A stretch of DNA of 64,000 nt. Origin: Gammaproteobacteria bacterium (lineage in GTDB: Bacteria > Pseudomonadota > Gammaproteobacteria > Ga0077554 > Ga007554). The notes beneath the pieces were generated by a model, which did no database searches, had not been told where the DNA came from, and saw only the letters and a list, made by a program, of their open reading frames with translations. Position numbers and translations under genes: made by a program. Positions 1 to 10,766 of the stretch are shown here, piece by piece. The number at the start of each line of letters is the position of its first letter. Position 1 is the stretch's first letter. The DNA lies in the NCBI GenBank assembly GCA_016191235.1, contig JACPOZ010000025.1, positions 3,894 through 67,893 on the forward strand, read 5' to 3'.

Positions 1-34
1 TATTAAACATACCCTCTTAACTTTATTACTTGGA

Positions 35-745
35 ATGGAGATGCATCTCATGACCATCCGCTGGAAAACGGGCATTGCCTTGACCATCATCGCCGGACTT
101 GCCCTTGGACAGGTCGGATGCGCGACCACACCAGGCTCGCAAACCTCATCCAGCCCTGAACCGATGTCCCGCACCCAAAAAGGCGCGCTGATCGGCGGAT
201 TGGGTGGCGCTATCGTCGGCGGCCTGATCGGCAGCAAGAAAGCCAACGCCGGCAAAGGCGCGCTGATCGGCGGCGTGGTCGGCGCGGCGACCGGCGGCAT
301 TATCGGCAATTATATGGATAAGCAGGCACAGGAGCTGGAGCAGGTTGCCGAAGTAAAGCGTGTCGATGACGGTATCGTGGCCACCATGAAGGACAAGATT
401 CTTTTCGACTTTAACCAGTCGGCCCTTAAGCCCGAATCGAAAGCCAGCCTGCAAAAAATGGCTGACATTTTGAAAAAATACGAGAAAACCGAAATTACGG
501 TGGCGGGTTATACCGATAATGTCGGCACCATGAGCCATAACCAGCAGCTTTCAGAGCGCCGGGCCAATGCCGTGCGCGCCTATCTTATAGATCAGGGTGT
601 AAAAGCCAGCCGCATGACAGTGATGGGGTTCGGCCCGGACAATCCGATAGCCTCCAATGATACTGCGGATGGCCGCGCGCAAAACCGCCGTGTCGAGCTG
701 CACATATCCCCTAACGACCAGCTGCTCAAGGACGCGAAAAGCTAG
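35..745 (+). CDS. OmpA-family lipoprotein (glycine-zipper plus OmpA C-terminal domain)
   Basis: Signal peptide ending ..LALGQVGC. Gly-zipper GALIGGLGGAIVGGLIG. OmpA-C motifs GYTDNVG, NQQLSERRANAV, NRRVEL. Confidence 0.85.
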   Translation: MEMHLMTIRWKTGIALTIIAGLALGQVGCATTPGSQTSSSPEPMSRTQKGALIGGLGGAIVGGLIGSKKANAGKGALIGGVVGAATGGIIGNYMDKQAQELEQVAEVKRVDDGIVATMKDKILFDFNQSALKPESKASLQKMADILKKYEKTEITVAGYTDNVGTMSHNQQLSERRANAVRAYLIDQGVKASRMTVMGFGPDNPIASNDTADGRAQNRRVELHISPNDQLLKDAKS

Positions 746-805
746 GGATAAGCCCGCCAAGAACTGCGGGCAGGTGTGGCTCATCTGCCAGCGGTCCTTG
801 CTGTC

Positions 806-1159
806 TCAGCCGCCAACCAAGGAATCCTGCTTGCGCGCCCCAACATCCCACAGCTTCTCCAGCTGATAATAGTCGCGCGCCTGCGGCAGCATGACATGCA
901 CCACCACATCCGCCAAGTCAACCAGCACCCATTCGCCTTCACGCTCGCCTTCCACGCCTAGCGGCCGCACCCCTGCTTTTTTGGCCTCCATGCTCACATG
1001 ATCGGCCACCGATTTGACATGCCGGCTGGACGTGCCGCTGGCAATCACCATAAAGTCCGTGATGCCGGTGATGCCGCGTACATTGAACACCTTGATATCA
1101 ACCGCCTTCATATCTTCGAGCGCGGCAACCGCGAACTGCTTCAATTCTTCAGATTGCAT
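806..1159 (-). CDS. rsfS: Ribosome silencing factor RsfS (iojap family)
   Basis: 117 aa. Typical RsfS sequence ..[21 protein letters not shown].. and ..[22 protein letters not shown]. Confidence 0.9.
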   Translation of the reverse strand: MQSEELKQFAVAALEDMKAVDIKVFNVRGITGITDFMVIASGTSSRHVKSVADHVSMEAKKAGVRPLGVEGEREGEWVLVDLADVVVHVMLPQARDYYQLEKLWDVGARKQDSLVGG

Positions 1160-1264
1160 TAATTATCCTGGATAAAAACCGTACAGCGTGAGCCACTTGA
1201 GACCATCCTGATTCACGAGGATGTCCCGGTAATATTGCTATTGTATCCCCGTTTGCACAATCCG

Positions 1265-3439
1265 TCAGTTCTGCTGCGTAATCTTCCAGCAGTTATGAAT
1301 GCGCGGGTTGCGCTCAAAATCCTTGGGTAGGGTGGCGCGCGAGATGTCTTCGATCTGCAGGCCGGGGAGCGCCTCACGATCCATTTTGAAGCGCTGATTA
1401 TTGTTGGAAAACAGCAGCACGCCACCGCGCTCGAGCAGCCTGACGGCGGTCTTGATCAACATCACATGATCCCGCTGCACATCCAGCGTGTTGTCCATGC
1501 GCTTGGAGTTTGAAAAGGTCGGCGGGTCGAGGAAGATGAGGCCGTAGCGCTGCTTCTCGTTTTCCATCCATTCCAAGCAGTCCGCCTGGATGAATTCGTG
1601 CCTGTGATCACTAAAGCCGTTGAGCGCAAGGTTGCGCCGCGCCCAGGCAAGATAGGTGTTGGACATGTCAACCGTGGCCGTGGCGGTGGCGCCGCCCACG
1701 GCGGCATGCACCGTCGCCGCGCCGGTGTAGCCGAACAGGTTGAGGAAGCGCTTGCCCTTCGCCAGCGAGTGAATCAGGGTGCGGGTCGGGCGGTGATCGA
1801 GGAACAGGCCGGTGTCGAGGTAGTCCGTGAAGTTCACCAGGAATTTACAGTTACCCTCATGCACCTCATAAAAGTTTCCCGCTGCATCCTGTTTCACATA
1901 TTGCGACTTGCCTTTCTGCTGACGGCGCACCTTGAGAAAGATGTTTGCGGCGGGGACGCCCAGCACGTCCGGCATGACCGCCAGGGCTACACTTAGGCGT
2001 GATGCGGCCTTCGCCGGGTCCACCGTTTTGGGGGCTTCGTATTCCTGCACATGCACCCATTGCTCGTAGATATCCACCGCCAGCGCATATTCAGGCAAAT
2101 CGGCATCGTACAGGCGGTAGCAATGCACGCCCTCGCGTTGCGCCCAGCGCCCGATATTTTTCAGGTTCTTGCGCAGGCGGTTGGCGAACATTTCCGCGCC
2201 TGTATTGAGTGGCTCAGGGGAAGAAGCAACAGACGATCCGGCGGCAGCTTCGACGCTCCTGGCATGGTAACCCATATACCATTCGGGAATGACATCAAAG
2301 CTCAGTAGCTTGCATTCGATGGCGCCATTATAGAGGGTGTGGATGCGCCGCGCCCGCAACCCCATGTGTTTGCCCAGCTCGGGATTGCCGGTAAGCACCA
2401 CGGCTTTCCAGCCCTCGAAGTGCGCCTTGAGCTTGTCGCCCAATGCCTTGTACAGATGCCGCAGCTCGTCTACCTGCCCCAAGCGCTCGCCGTAAGGCGG
2501 GTTGACGACCACCAGGCCAGGCTGATGTGAACGTGGGGCATCCATGTTGGCGAGTTCGCGCCGTTCGATATGCACCCGGCCTTGCAAGCCCGCATGTTCC
2601 ACATTGACCAGCGCAATCCGCACCGCGCCCGGATCGGCATCATAGCCGGAGATCGGTGGCAGGTGCTTTATCCCCTGCGCGCGGCGCGCCTGCGCTTCTG
2701 CAATCAGGTTGGCCCAGACCACGGCATCATGACCCTTCCAGCGCAGAAAACCGTAATACGGCCGCAGTAAACCGGGGGCGATATCGGCGGCGATCATGGC
2801 GGCCTCGATAGGGAGCGTGCCGGAGCCGCACATCGGATCAAGCAGCGCACCGCCCGCACGGGCGATTTCCGGCCAGCCGGCACGCAGCAGAATCGCCGCA
2901 GCGAGATTCTCCTTGAGCGGCGCCTCCACACCCTCCTGGCGGTAGCCGCGCCGATGCAGGCTTTCGCCCGCCAGGTCCAAGCTGACCGTGGCCTCGTCGC
3001 GGCGCAGATAGACGTTGATGCGCACATCGGGCTGCTCCCGCGCCACTGACGGGCGTATCCCCTTCGCCTCGCGGAACTGGTCGACGATGGCATCTTTCAC
3101 CTTGAGCGCGCCAAAATGGGTGTGCGTAATCTGTGATTGTAATGCGCTGAAATCCACCGCCAGCGTACCCTCCTCGGACAAATGTTCGTCCCAGCGGATT
3201 GAACGCACACCTGCATAGAGCGTCTCGGGCGTGGGCGCGGCAAAGGTCGCCAGTGGCAGCAATACCCGATTGGCAATGCGCGACCACAGGCATACCCGGT
3301 AGGCCAGCTCCAGTGTTGCTTCAAACGCCACCCCGGCACGGGTTTCAGCCACGCTGGAGACCCCCAGCGCACGCAACTCATCGGCCAGCAGCGGCTCCAT
3401 GCCCTTGGGGGCAGTGGCAAAAAAATTGGATTTTTTCAT
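1265..3439 (-). CDS. rlmL: Bifunctional 23S rRNA methyltransferase RlmKL (m2G2445/m7G2069)
   Basis: 724 aa. THUMP-like N-terminus, two SAM-MTase modules (DPMCGSGT.., VVNPPYGERL; FGYTGAATV.., FLDPPTFSNSK). Confidence 0.9.
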   Translation of the reverse strand: MKKSNFFATAPKGMEPLLADELRALGVSSVAETRAGVAFEATLELAYRVCLWSRIANRVLLPLATFAAPTPETLYAGVRSIRWDEHLSEEGTLAVDFSALQSQITHTHFGALKVKDAIVDQFREAKGIRPSVAREQPDVRINVYLRRDEATVSLDLAGESLHRRGYRQEGVEAPLKENLAAAILLRAGWPEIARAGGALLDPMCGSGTLPIEAAMIAADIAPGLLRPYYGFLRWKGHDAVVWANLIAEAQARRAQGIKHLPPISGYDADPGAVRIALVNVEHAGLQGRVHIERRELANMDAPRSHQPGLVVVNPPYGERLGQVDELRHLYKALGDKLKAHFEGWKAVVLTGNPELGKHMGLRARRIHTLYNGAIECKLLSFDVIPEWYMGYHARSVEAAAGSSVASSPEPLNTGAEMFANRLRKNLKNIGRWAQREGVHCYRLYDADLPEYALAVDIYEQWVHVQEYEAPKTVDPAKAASRLSVALAVMPDVLGVPAANIFLKVRRQQKGKSQYVKQDAAGNFYEVHEGNCKFLVNFTDYLDTGLFLDHRPTRTLIHSLAKGKRFLNLFGYTGAATVHAAVGGATATATVDMSNTYLAWARRNLALNGFSDHRHEFIQADCLEWMENEKQRYGLIFLDPPTFSNSKRMDNTLDVQRDHVMLIKTAVRLLERGGVLLFSNNNQRFKMDREALPGLQIEDISRATLPKDFERNPRIHNCWKITQQN

Positions 3440-3493
3440 GGCAACAATTCAAAAAAATGTGGTGAGACTGGAGATAATCAGAGGGGCTACTCG

Positions 3494-4447
3494 TCAGAAC
3501 ACCACTCGATTCCGCCCCTGCGCCTTGGCCTGATACAGCTTGATATCGGCACAGTTTATCAACTCATCCGGCGCCGGCAATGCCTCGCCACCAACGTAGC
3601 AACCTACCCCAACCGAGGCGGTCAGAAAAATATCGCCCGCTGTGGTTTTGATGGGATACTGGCTTATATCATGCAGAATACGTTCAAATGCTTCGGTATT
3701 AGCCCGGCTCATCTTCGGGTAGTGCATAATCACGGCAAACTCCTCCCCCCCCATCCGTGCGACGGTATCGGTCGGTCGTGCCGCGCGATGCAGGCGCTTG
3801 GCAAACGCCACCAAAACCTCATCTCCCACGCCATGCCCATGAGTATCATTGATCACCTTAAAATGATCGAGGTCAATCAGGGCAAGGCAGGCGGCACCGC
3901 CACGCGCCATGGTTTCCGCGAGAATGGCATCCAGATGGGTTTGCAGGTAGCGGCGGTTACCAAGGCCGGTAAGTGGATCAGTCGTCGCCAGCTCCCGCAA
4001 TTCCTTGTTGTGGACATTCAGGGTTTGAGTGGTTTCGATGAGTCGGTTCTGCAGGCTGGCGATGCGCCCTGCGGCATGAAGGCGGGCGGCCAATTCTTGC
4101 TGGCGCAGGGGCTTGGTCATGTAGTCGTCGATGCCGTGCTGAAAGGCCAACAACATACTTTCCAGGTTTTCGTTGGCCGTAACCATGATTATCGAGGTGT
4201 AATGGTTGATGTCCTCGTCCATCTGGCGGATCTGACGCGTAAGTTCCAGCCCATCCATCTCTGGCATATTCCAGTCGGTGAGTACCACATCCGCTGGGCG
4301 TTCTGCAAGCAATGCCAAGGCGTGACTGGCACTATGTGCGCCGCGCACATCCAGATAGCCGATATTTTCAAGCAGCAGACAAGCCGCCTCGCACGCAAGA
4401 GGCATGTCGTCAACCACAACTATCACCAGGTCATTTCTGCTTATCAT
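3494..4447 (-). CDS. Response regulator-diguanylate cyclase (REC-GGDEF)
   Basis: REC acceptor region DVVLTDWNMPEMDG. GGDEF domain with intact RMGGEEFAV active site. Confidence 0.9.
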   Translation of the reverse strand: MISRNDLVIVVVDDMPLACEAACLLLENIGYLDVRGAHSASHALALLAERPADVVLTDWNMPEMDGLELTRQIRQMDEDINHYTSIIMVTANENLESMLLAFQHGIDDYMTKPLRQQELAARLHAAGRIASLQNRLIETTQTLNVHNKELRELATTDPLTGLGNRRYLQTHLDAILAETMARGGAACLALIDLDHFKVINDTHGHGVGDEVLVAFAKRLHRAARPTDTVARMGGEEFAVIMHYPKMSRANTEAFERILHDISQYPIKTTAGDIFLTASVGVGCYVGGEALPAPDELINCADIKLYQAKAQGRNRVVF

Positions 4448-4535
4448 GGGGTTTGTGTGCTGGCGGGCCAGCCGCCTTTAGCAAAAATTCCGCAAAACAC
4501 CAACGCGCTTAAAACCCTAAAGAGTACGCGTGTTT

Positions 4536-5195
4536 TCAGCCCGCGTCTATCATTTTCAAAGCGTCGGATCGTTGCAGCATCGCCCAGCGGTTGACCACTG
4601 CGCAGAATAGCTCGGCAGTTTTTTGGGCGTCGTAAATGGCCGAATGTGCCTCGCGACTGTCCCACGCCAGCCCTGCCTCGTGCACCGCGCGCGCCAGCAC
4701 GGTTTGGCCGTAGGCCAGGCCGCCCAGGGTGGCGGTATCAAACGTGCTGAAAGGGTGAAAGGGATTGCGCTTGATCTTGGCACGCGCCACAGTGGCATTG
4801 AGGAAGCCGAGATCAAAGAAGGGATTATGCCCTACCAGGATGGCGCGGCTGCAGCCGCTGTCTTTAATCGCTTTGCGCACGGCATTAAAGATGACGTGCA
4901 GCGCCTCGGCCTCGGGCTTGGCGAACCGGAACGGGTGATAGGGGTCGATGCCGTTGAAGGCCAGCGCCGAGGGCTCCAGGTTCGCGCCCGCAAACGGCTC
5001 CACGTGGCAGGCGTGCGTCTCGTGCGGGCATATAACACCCTCCTCATCTATGCGCAGCGTGACCGCAGCGATCTCCAGCAGCGCATCGGTCTGCGCGTTG
5101 AAACCCGCCGTCTCCACATCCACCACCACCGGCAAAAAGCCACGGAAGCGGGAGGCCATGGGAGACTTGGCCGGGGTGCTCACGGGATTATTCAT
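4536..5195 (-). CDS. rnt: Ribonuclease T
   Basis: DEDDh exonuclease with [18 protein letters not shown]-terminus, as in RNase T. Start set at the internal Met (MNNPVS..), which overlaps the pyrC end by 8 nt. ORF-track start is 5228. Confidence 0.85.
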   Translation of the reverse strand: MNNPVSTPAKSPMASRFRGFLPVVVDVETAGFNAQTDALLEIAAVTLRIDEEGVICPHETHACHVEPFAGANLEPSALAFNGIDPYHPFRFAKPEAEALHVIFNAVRKAIKDSGCSRAILVGHNPFFDLGFLNATVARAKIKRNPFHPFSTFDTATLGGLAYGQTVLARAVHEAGLAWDSREAHSAIYDAQKTAELFCAVVNRWAMLQRSDALKMIDAG

Positions 5196-6225
5196 CGGTA
5201 ACAGCCCAGGCGACGGTTTCACCGGCACGCAAGGGTATCAGCGTATCCTCGCCCAATCCGAATGACTCCGGCACGCGCCACGCGCGCTGCCGCAGGGTGA
5301 TGCTCCCGCTATTGCGCGGCAGACGGTAAAAATCCGCGCCGTGAAAACTGGCAAAGGCCTCCAGCTTGTCCAGGGCGCCTGCTTGTTCAAAGGCCTCGGC
5401 ATACAGCTCAATCGCGGCATGGGCGGTGTAAATACCCGCACAGCCGCAAGCAGCTTCCTTGGTGTGTCTGGCGTGCGGCGCGCTGTCGGTGCCGAGGAAA
5501 AACTTCGGGTTGCCGCCTGTCGCCGCCGCCACTAATGCCTGACGATGCGTCTCGCGCTTGAGTACCGGCAGGCAGTAGTAATGGGGGCGGATGCCGCCCG
5601 CCAGCATGGCGTTGCGATTGAGCAGCAAATGATGGGCGGTGATGGTGGCGGCGATATTATCTGCTGCCCCCGCCACGTAATCGGCGGCCTCTTTGGTGGT
5701 GATGTGTTCCAGCACGATACGCAGACTGGGGAAACGCGCGGCAAGCGGGATCAAATGGCGCTCAATGAACACCCGTTCGCGGTCAAAGATGTCGATATCA
5801 CTATCGGTAACCTCGCCATGAATCAGCAACGGCAATCCATGCTCCTGCATCGCCTCCAGCGCGGGATAGGTCTTTTCCAGCTTTGTCACGCCCGCGTCGG
5901 AATGCGTCGTCGCACCCGCCGGATAGAGCTTCACCGCCGCCACATGGCCGCTGTTCCTGGCGCGCGCGATCTCCTGCGGTGGAGTATTGTCGGTGAGGTA
6001 CAAGGTCATCAGCGGATCAAAGCTCACTCCCTCCGGCACTGCTGCGAGAATGCGCGCCCGGTAGGCCAGCGCCGCCTCTGTCGTAGTAACCGGCGGTTTG
6101 AGATTGGGCATGACGATGGCGCGAGCAAAGCAGCGTGCCGTATGCGCGACGGTGGTGGACAACGCCGCGCCATCGCGCAGGTGCAAATGCCAGTCATCGG
6201 GGCGGGTGAGGGTAATCTGGTTCAC
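5188..6225 (-). CDS. pyrC: Dihydroorotase, class II
   Basis: 345 aa. N-terminal [12 protein letters not shown] metal-binding motif. Overall PyrC-like sequence. Confidence 0.9.
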   Translation of the reverse strand: MNQITLTRPDDWHLHLRDGAALSTTVAHTARCFARAIVMPNLKPPVTTTEAALAYRARILAAVPEGVSFDPLMTLYLTDNTPPQEIARARNSGHVAAVKLYPAGATTHSDAGVTKLEKTYPALEAMQEHGLPLLIHGEVTDSDIDIFDRERVFIERHLIPLAARFPSLRIVLEHITTKEAADYVAGAADNIAATITAHHLLLNRNAMLAGGIRPHYYCLPVLKRETHRQALVAAATGGNPKFFLGTDSAPHARHTKEAACGCAGIYTAHAAIELYAEAFEQAGALDKLEAFASFHGADFYRLPRNSGSITLRQRAWRVPESFGLGEDTLIPLRAGETVAWAVTDE

Positions 6226-6403
6226 GAGGGGAATTCCGCTTGGAGTTGAATGCCGCTAATTATGCCATAGGTAACCCGATAGATGACGCTGCCCACCGTT
6301 ACCTCTACAATGGCGATACTTATGAGCACCTCTACAAATATGGCAAATTGCAGCGTCAATCCTATGTTCAGGACACCTTCTCATTAACGCCCTGACCTCG
6401 CTA

Positions 6404-7264
6404 TTGCCAGGCCAAGTCACCGCCAGTTTTGGTCGACAACTTATTGTAGAATTGGCGGATGGCAGAATCATCGGGTGCGTTACGCGCGGCAAAAAAACTG
6501 GCGTGGCATGCGGTGATCGCGTGCAGATCAAGATCACCGAATCGAATCATGGCGTCATTGAGTCCGTTGAGCCACGCACCTCGCTACTGTATCGCTCCGA
6601 TGCCTTCCGCGAAAAAATCATTACCGCCAATGTCACACAAATCATCATCGTGGTCGCGGCGGTGCCGAGCTTTCACGAGGAATTGCTCAACCGTTATCTG
6701 GTGGCCGCCGAAGTGGCAGGCATCAAAGCGCTCATCGTGCTCAATAAAAGCGATATGGTTGATGAAACGCAACATGCCTTGAGCATTCTGCAACTCTATC
6801 GTGACCTGGGCTATCCACTGTTGACCTTGTGCGCAAAACAAGACGTAGCCCCATTGCGCCCCGTCCTCGCCGGTCATACCAGCGTATTGGTGGGACAGTC
6901 TGGCATGGGTAAATCCAGCATTATCAATGCACTGCTGCCTGATACGCGGGCGCGTACTGGAGATCTCTCGGCAACGCTGGACTCCGGACGCCACACCACT
7001 ACCCACGCCGAGCTTTACCACCTAGACGCAACCAGCCATTTGATCGACTCACCCGGCTTGCAGGAGTTCGGCCTGCACCATGTCGACGCCACGCAGCTCG
7101 ACCATGCCTTCATTGAGTTTCGCCCGTTTCTTGGCCAATGTAAATTCAACGATTGCAAACATCTCCATGAGCCCGGCTGTAGCGTACTTCAGGCGGTAGC
7201 CGCAGGAAAAATTTCCCCGCGTCGTCTGGCAACGTATCACACGCTAATGAAGCGGGCTTCTTAA
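6404..7264 (+). CDS. rsgA: Small-subunit ribosome biogenesis GTPase RsgA
   Basis: OB-fold N-terminus. Circularly permuted GTPase (LNKSD.., VLVGQSGMGKSS). C-terminal Zn knuckle CKFNDCKHLHEPGC. Confidence 0.85.
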   Translation: MPGQVTASFGRQLIVELADGRIIGCVTRGKKTGVACGDRVQIKITESNHGVIESVEPRTSLLYRSDAFREKIITANVTQIIIVVAAVPSFHEELLNRYLVAAEVAGIKALIVLNKSDMVDETQHALSILQLYRDLGYPLLTLCAKQDVAPLRPVLAGHTSVLVGQSGMGKSSIINALLPDTRARTGDLSATLDSGRHTTTHAELYHLDATSHLIDSPGLQEFGLHHVDATQLDHAFIEFRPFLGQCKFNDCKHLHEPGCSVLQAVAAGKISPRRLATYHTLMKRAS

Positions 7265-7357
7265 CCCGAAAAAAGCGCTAACGCAGAGAGAAAGCCCATT
7301 GGGGTAGACAGGCTTTTTGATGTAAGCTTGTATCCTGAAAAACAAGAGGCACGTCTT

Positions 7358-7522
7358 TAACCCGAATGTTTCATAAATTCGCGTGATGATCGCGCCGGAT
7401 TTTGATTGATAGGGGGATTTTGTGAAGGAGCGCCGTAGTGATTCATACGGCCGACTGAACAAAATTCCCATAGTGATCAAAAGACCAGCGAGGGCGCGCG
7501 AATTTATGAAACATTCGGGTTA
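7358..7522. mobile_element. MITE-like element: 26-bp perfect terminal inverted repeats around a 113-bp core
   Basis: 7358-7383 TAACCCGAATGTTTCATAAATTCGCG is the exact reverse complement of 7497-7522. It lies in the rsgA/UPF0149 intergenic region. TA occurs at both outer ends. Confidence 0.5.
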
Positions 7523-7589
7523 TATCCCGCGCAGGCTATCGGCAGGGCACTGTGTACCGCGGCATCCAACAGGCAAAGAGGACCAAAAC

Positions 7590-8162
7590 ATGAATGTGAA
7601 CGCACCGCTTACGGACGAGGATCTCACGCGCCTCGACGACTTCCTCTCTTCGGACGCCAGCGGCGAGGAAAGCCTCTATCCGGACGAAATCCACGGCCTG
7701 ATGACTGCCATGATCTGTGGGCCGGAGGCGATCGTACCCAGCGAATGGATGCCACTAGTTTTCGCGGGTGATCCTGATTTCGCCGATGCGCGGCAGGCAG
7801 AAGAAATCATGGGCTTGTTGTTGCGCATGCACAACAACATCGCCTCCACCCTCCAGGCCGGGAAAGAATATCAACCGCTGCTGCCGCAGAGCGAGGACAT
7901 TGAAGACGCAGACTTCGTCGCCGAGGGCTGGTGCCGTGGCTTCATGATGGGCATGAGCCTGCGCGGAGAGCAATGGATGGAACACCTTGAGGGCGACCTC
8001 GGCAATATGCTGTTTCCCATCATCGCACTGGCGGGCGAGCCACCCGACTTTTCCAGTGAGGAAGATCCTATCGAACCCATCAGCCCCGAGGAGATGACGG
8101 ACCTTTGCGATATGTTGCCGGACAGCGTAGCGGCGGTTTATGCCTTCTGGCGCACACACTAA
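7590..8162 (+). CDS. UPF0149 (YgfB/YecA N-terminal-like) family protein
   Basis: Sequence ..[24 protein letters not shown].. is typical of UPF0149. ATG at 7590 follows AAGAGGA. The longer ORF-track start (7422) runs through the MITE-like element. Confidence 0.7.
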   Translation: MNVNAPLTDEDLTRLDDFLSSDASGEESLYPDEIHGLMTAMICGPEAIVPSEWMPLVFAGDPDFADARQAEEIMGLLLRMHNNIASTLQAGKEYQPLLPQSEDIEDADFVAEGWCRGFMMGMSLRGEQWMEHLEGDLGNMLFPIIALAGEPPDFSSEEDPIEPISPEEMTDLCDMLPDSVAAVYAFWRTH

Positions 8163-8188
8163 AACCTGATTCAACCCGGACCTTAACC

Positions 8189-9430
8189 ATGACCCAAGAC
8201 ATCAGACAAGCTGCCCTCGACTATCACGAGCACCCCACGCCGGGAAAGCTCGGTATCGCCATTACCAAACCCTGCGACACCCAGCGCGAGCTGGCTCTGG
8301 CCTATACGCCCGGCGTGGCCGAGCCGGTACGCGAGATCGCCAAAGACCCCGAGGCCGCCTACCGCTATACGGCGAAAGGCAACCTGGTGGCGGTGATTAC
8401 CGACGGCACGGCGGTGCTGGGTCTGGGCGATGTCGGGGCGCTGGCGGGCAAACCCGTGATGGAAGGCAAGGCGGTGCTGTTCAAGAAATTCGCCAATATC
8501 GACGTGTTTGATATTGAAGTCACCGCCGGCTCTACACAGGCCTTCATCGACACCGTGGCGCACATCTCGCCAACCTTCGGCGGCATCAATCTGGAAGACA
8601 TCGCCGCACCGCACTGCTTCGAAGTGGAAGAGGCACTCATCGAGCGCCTCGATATTCCGGTATTTCACGACGACCAGCATGGCACCGCCATCATCGTCGC
8701 CGCAGGTCTGCTCAACGCCCTGGAACTGCAAGGCAAGTCCATCGGCGAGGCACGCATCGTATGTCTGGGCGCGGGCGCCGCAGGTATCGCCTCGATGCGC
8801 CTGCTGGTGGCGCTGGGCGCGAAAAAGCACAATATCTTCCTCACTGACCGCCAGGGTGTGATACACAGCGGCCGCACCGACCTCAACACCTACAAGCGCG
8901 AGTTCGCCATCGACACCGGCAGGCGCACCCTGGCCGACGCCATGCAGGATGCGGATGTGCTGATCGGCGTATCCGGCCCCGATCTGGTGACGCCCGAGAT
9001 GCTGGAAGTCATGGCGCCTCGCCCCATCGTTTTCGCCCTCTCCAATCCCGACCCCGAAATCCGCCCCGCCGTGGCCCACGCAGTGCGCAGCGACCTGATC
9101 ATGGCCACCGGGCGCAGCGACTATCCCAATCAGGTCAACAACGTGCTGGGCTTCCCCTTCATCTTCCGCGGCGCTCTGGACGTGCGCGCCACACGCATCA
9201 ACCAGGCCATGCAGATCGCCGCCGTGCATGCCTTGCAGGCGCTGGCCCACGAACCGGTACCCCGCGATGTGCTGGAGGCCTACAAGCTGGACCACCTGGA
9301 ATTCGGCCCCGATTACATCATCCCAAAACCCTTCGACCTGCGGTTGATCGACCGCGTACCTGCGGCCGTGGCGCGGGCGGCGGTGGAGTCGGGGGTGGCG
9401 CGGCAGGACTATCCTGAATACTATCGGTAG
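8189..9430 (+). CDS. maeB: NAD(P)-dependent malic enzyme, short form without PTA domain
   Basis: 413 aa from [21 protein letters not shown]. Contains ..[10 protein letters not shown].., [35 protein letters not shown]. Confidence 0.9.
   Translation: MTQDIRQAALDYHEHPTPGKLGIAITKPCDTQRELALAYTPGVAEPVREIAKDPEAAYRYTAKGNLVAVITDGTAVLGLGDVGALAGKPVMEGKAVLFKKFANIDVFDIEVTAGSTQAFIDTVAHISPTFGGINLEDIAAPHCFEVEEALIERLDIPVFHDDQHGTAIIVAAGLLNALELQGKSIGEARIVCLGAGAAGIASMRLLVALGAKKHNIFLTDRQGVIHSGRTDLNTYKREFAIDTGRRTLADAMQDADVLIGVSGPDLVTPEMLEVMAPRPIVFALSNPDPEIRPAVAHAVRSDLIMATGRSDYPNQVNNVLGFPFIFRGALDVRATRINQAMQIAAVHALQALAHEPVPRDVLEAYKLDHLEFGPDYIIPKPFDLRLIDRVPAAVARAAVESGVARQDYPEYYR
9407..9416 (+). repeat. Boundary core GACTATCCTG, copy 1 (inside the last codons of maeB)
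   Basis: Homology between maeB copy 1 and the downstream maeB fragment ends exactly after this 10-mer. Confidence 0.7.
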
Positions 9431-9465
9431 CGGTCACGTTAGGGGACTATTCGGGGGCGCGCGCG

Positions 9466-9990
9466 ATGGAATGTTTGCGCCGGCTTGAAGATGACGAGAG
9501 TGGACCAATGAGTGCCGAGAGTTTAACTGACGAAAAAATCGGGGAGCTGCTATCCACGCCGAAACGGGTTACTAACCCTAATAGCAAGTGGCGCGAAAAG
9601 CCGGGGCATAACGAACGAAACTACACCGTTGAAAGCATGGATAGCACCCATCATTTTGTTCTATATGTACGACAAAACCGCAATCTGGATGATGATTTCT
9701 CTTGTGGATTGCGTTGGCTTGCACCGAGCGGCGAAACCATAACGCTGGCACGATATAACGGCAGCAGCCATTCTCATCCCAACCATGTTGAGAAACAAAG
9801 GCTTGGATTTGTATGCCACATCCATAAAGCTACAGAGCGCTACATCCGCGCCGGAAAAAAGATCGAAGGATATGCGGAGGATGCATCACTACGTTATAAC
9901 AGCGTTAAAGGCGCACTGGCTTGTCTTGTTGGCGATTGCGCAATCAAAGGGATTGTGACAGAACCTGACCACCCGGACCTATTCAAATGA
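9466..9990 (+). CDS. Hypothetical protein (accessory module 1, gene A)
   Basis: 174-aa ORF. Its stop overlaps the next start (ATGA at 9987-9990). His-rich patch SHSHPNHVEKQ..CHIHKATE. No family recognised. An alternative start is the Met at 9508. Confidence 0.55.
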   Translation: MECLRRLEDDESGPMSAESLTDEKIGELLSTPKRVTNPNSKWREKPGHNERNYTVESMDSTHHFVLYVRQNRNLDDDFSCGLRWLAPSGETITLARYNGSSHSHPNHVEKQRLGFVCHIHKATERYIRAGKKIEGYAEDASLRYNSVKGALACLVGDCAIKGIVTEPDHPDLFK

Positions 9991-10766
9991 CCATTCCCAC
10001 CGAAGAGCTTAAACAGTTACTTTGTAATGCACTCTGTGCCGAGGTACGTCTTTACGAGAAGGGGGAGAATCTGATTTTTGTTGAAACCCCCTTCTCGTTC
10101 AGTGATGGCGATACCTATTCGATTTACCTCAGACAATTGCCGAGCGGTGGTTTTCGTATTAGCGATTATGGTCATACCATGATGCACCTTAGCTATGAGA
10201 ACGATATAGACAAGTTCCGTGAGGGCACGCGAGGCAAGATTTTTGAACAAATTCTCAACGAAATGGATTTAAGAGAGGAAAATGGCGCCTTTTACACGGA
10301 TACGCCAATGGAAAACATCGGGGCTGCTCTTTTCAGATTCGGTCAGGCGGTAACTAAAATTCATGATCTCACCTTCCTGAACCGATTAAGAACAGAATCT
10401 ACATTTTATGATGATCTCCGGGAATCCCTCCAGCATATCGTGCCGACCGAAAAAGTCACGGAAAATTACGTGTACGAGGCAATGCCCAATGCGCGAGATT
10501 ATCCCATCGATTTCCGTATTGACGGAAAGTATGCCCCGCTGTTTGTTTTCGGTATTCCCGGCAGGGATAAGGCGCGCTTGGCTACGATCATTCTGGAGCA
10601 TCTGTTGCGAGAAAAAGCCGAGTTTGATTGCCTGCTGATCTTCGCTGACCAGAGCGTGATTCCTCGGGGAGATTTGGCCCGATTATCTAATGTTGGCGGG
10701 GAAATGGTGGCATCTCTTGACGCGCAAGATGATTTTCAGCGCAAGGTTCTGAAGCGCGTCGCCTAA
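9987..10766 (+). CDS. Hypothetical protein, resembles DUF1828/DUF1829-type proteins (from memory only)
   Basis: 259-aa ORF translationally coupled to gene A. N-terminal ..LIFVETPFSFSDGDTYSIYL.. resembles DUF1828. This assignment is unverified. Confidence 0.55.
   Translation: MTIPTEELKQLLCNALCAEVRLYEKGENLIFVETPFSFSDGDTYSIYLRQLPSGGFRISDYGHTMMHLSYENDIDKFREGTRGKIFEQILNEMDLREENGAFYTDTPMENIGAALFRFGQAVTKIHDLTFLNRLRTESTFYDDLRESLQHIVPTEKVTENYVYEAMPNARDYPIDFRIDGKYAPLFVFGIPGRDKARLATIILEHLLREKAEFDCLLIFADQSVIPRGDLARLSNVGGEMVASLDAQDDFQRKVLKRVA

Noticed and set aside
3671-4594. 307-aa plus-strand ORF opposite the REC-GGDEF gene
   Set aside because: It is an antisense shadow. The minus-strand product has intact REC and GGEEF motifs.
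7422-7589. 5' extension of the UPF0149 ORF (ORF-track start 7422)
   Set aside because: The extension runs through the right half of the 26-bp-TIR element and has no RBS. ATG 7590 has an AAGAGGA upstream and matches the family N-terminus.
8183-9295. 370-aa ORF antisense to the malic-enzyme gene
   Set aside because: It is a high-GC antisense shadow ORF with low-complexity G/A/H-rich translation and no motifs. The sense strand carries clear malic-enzyme signatures.
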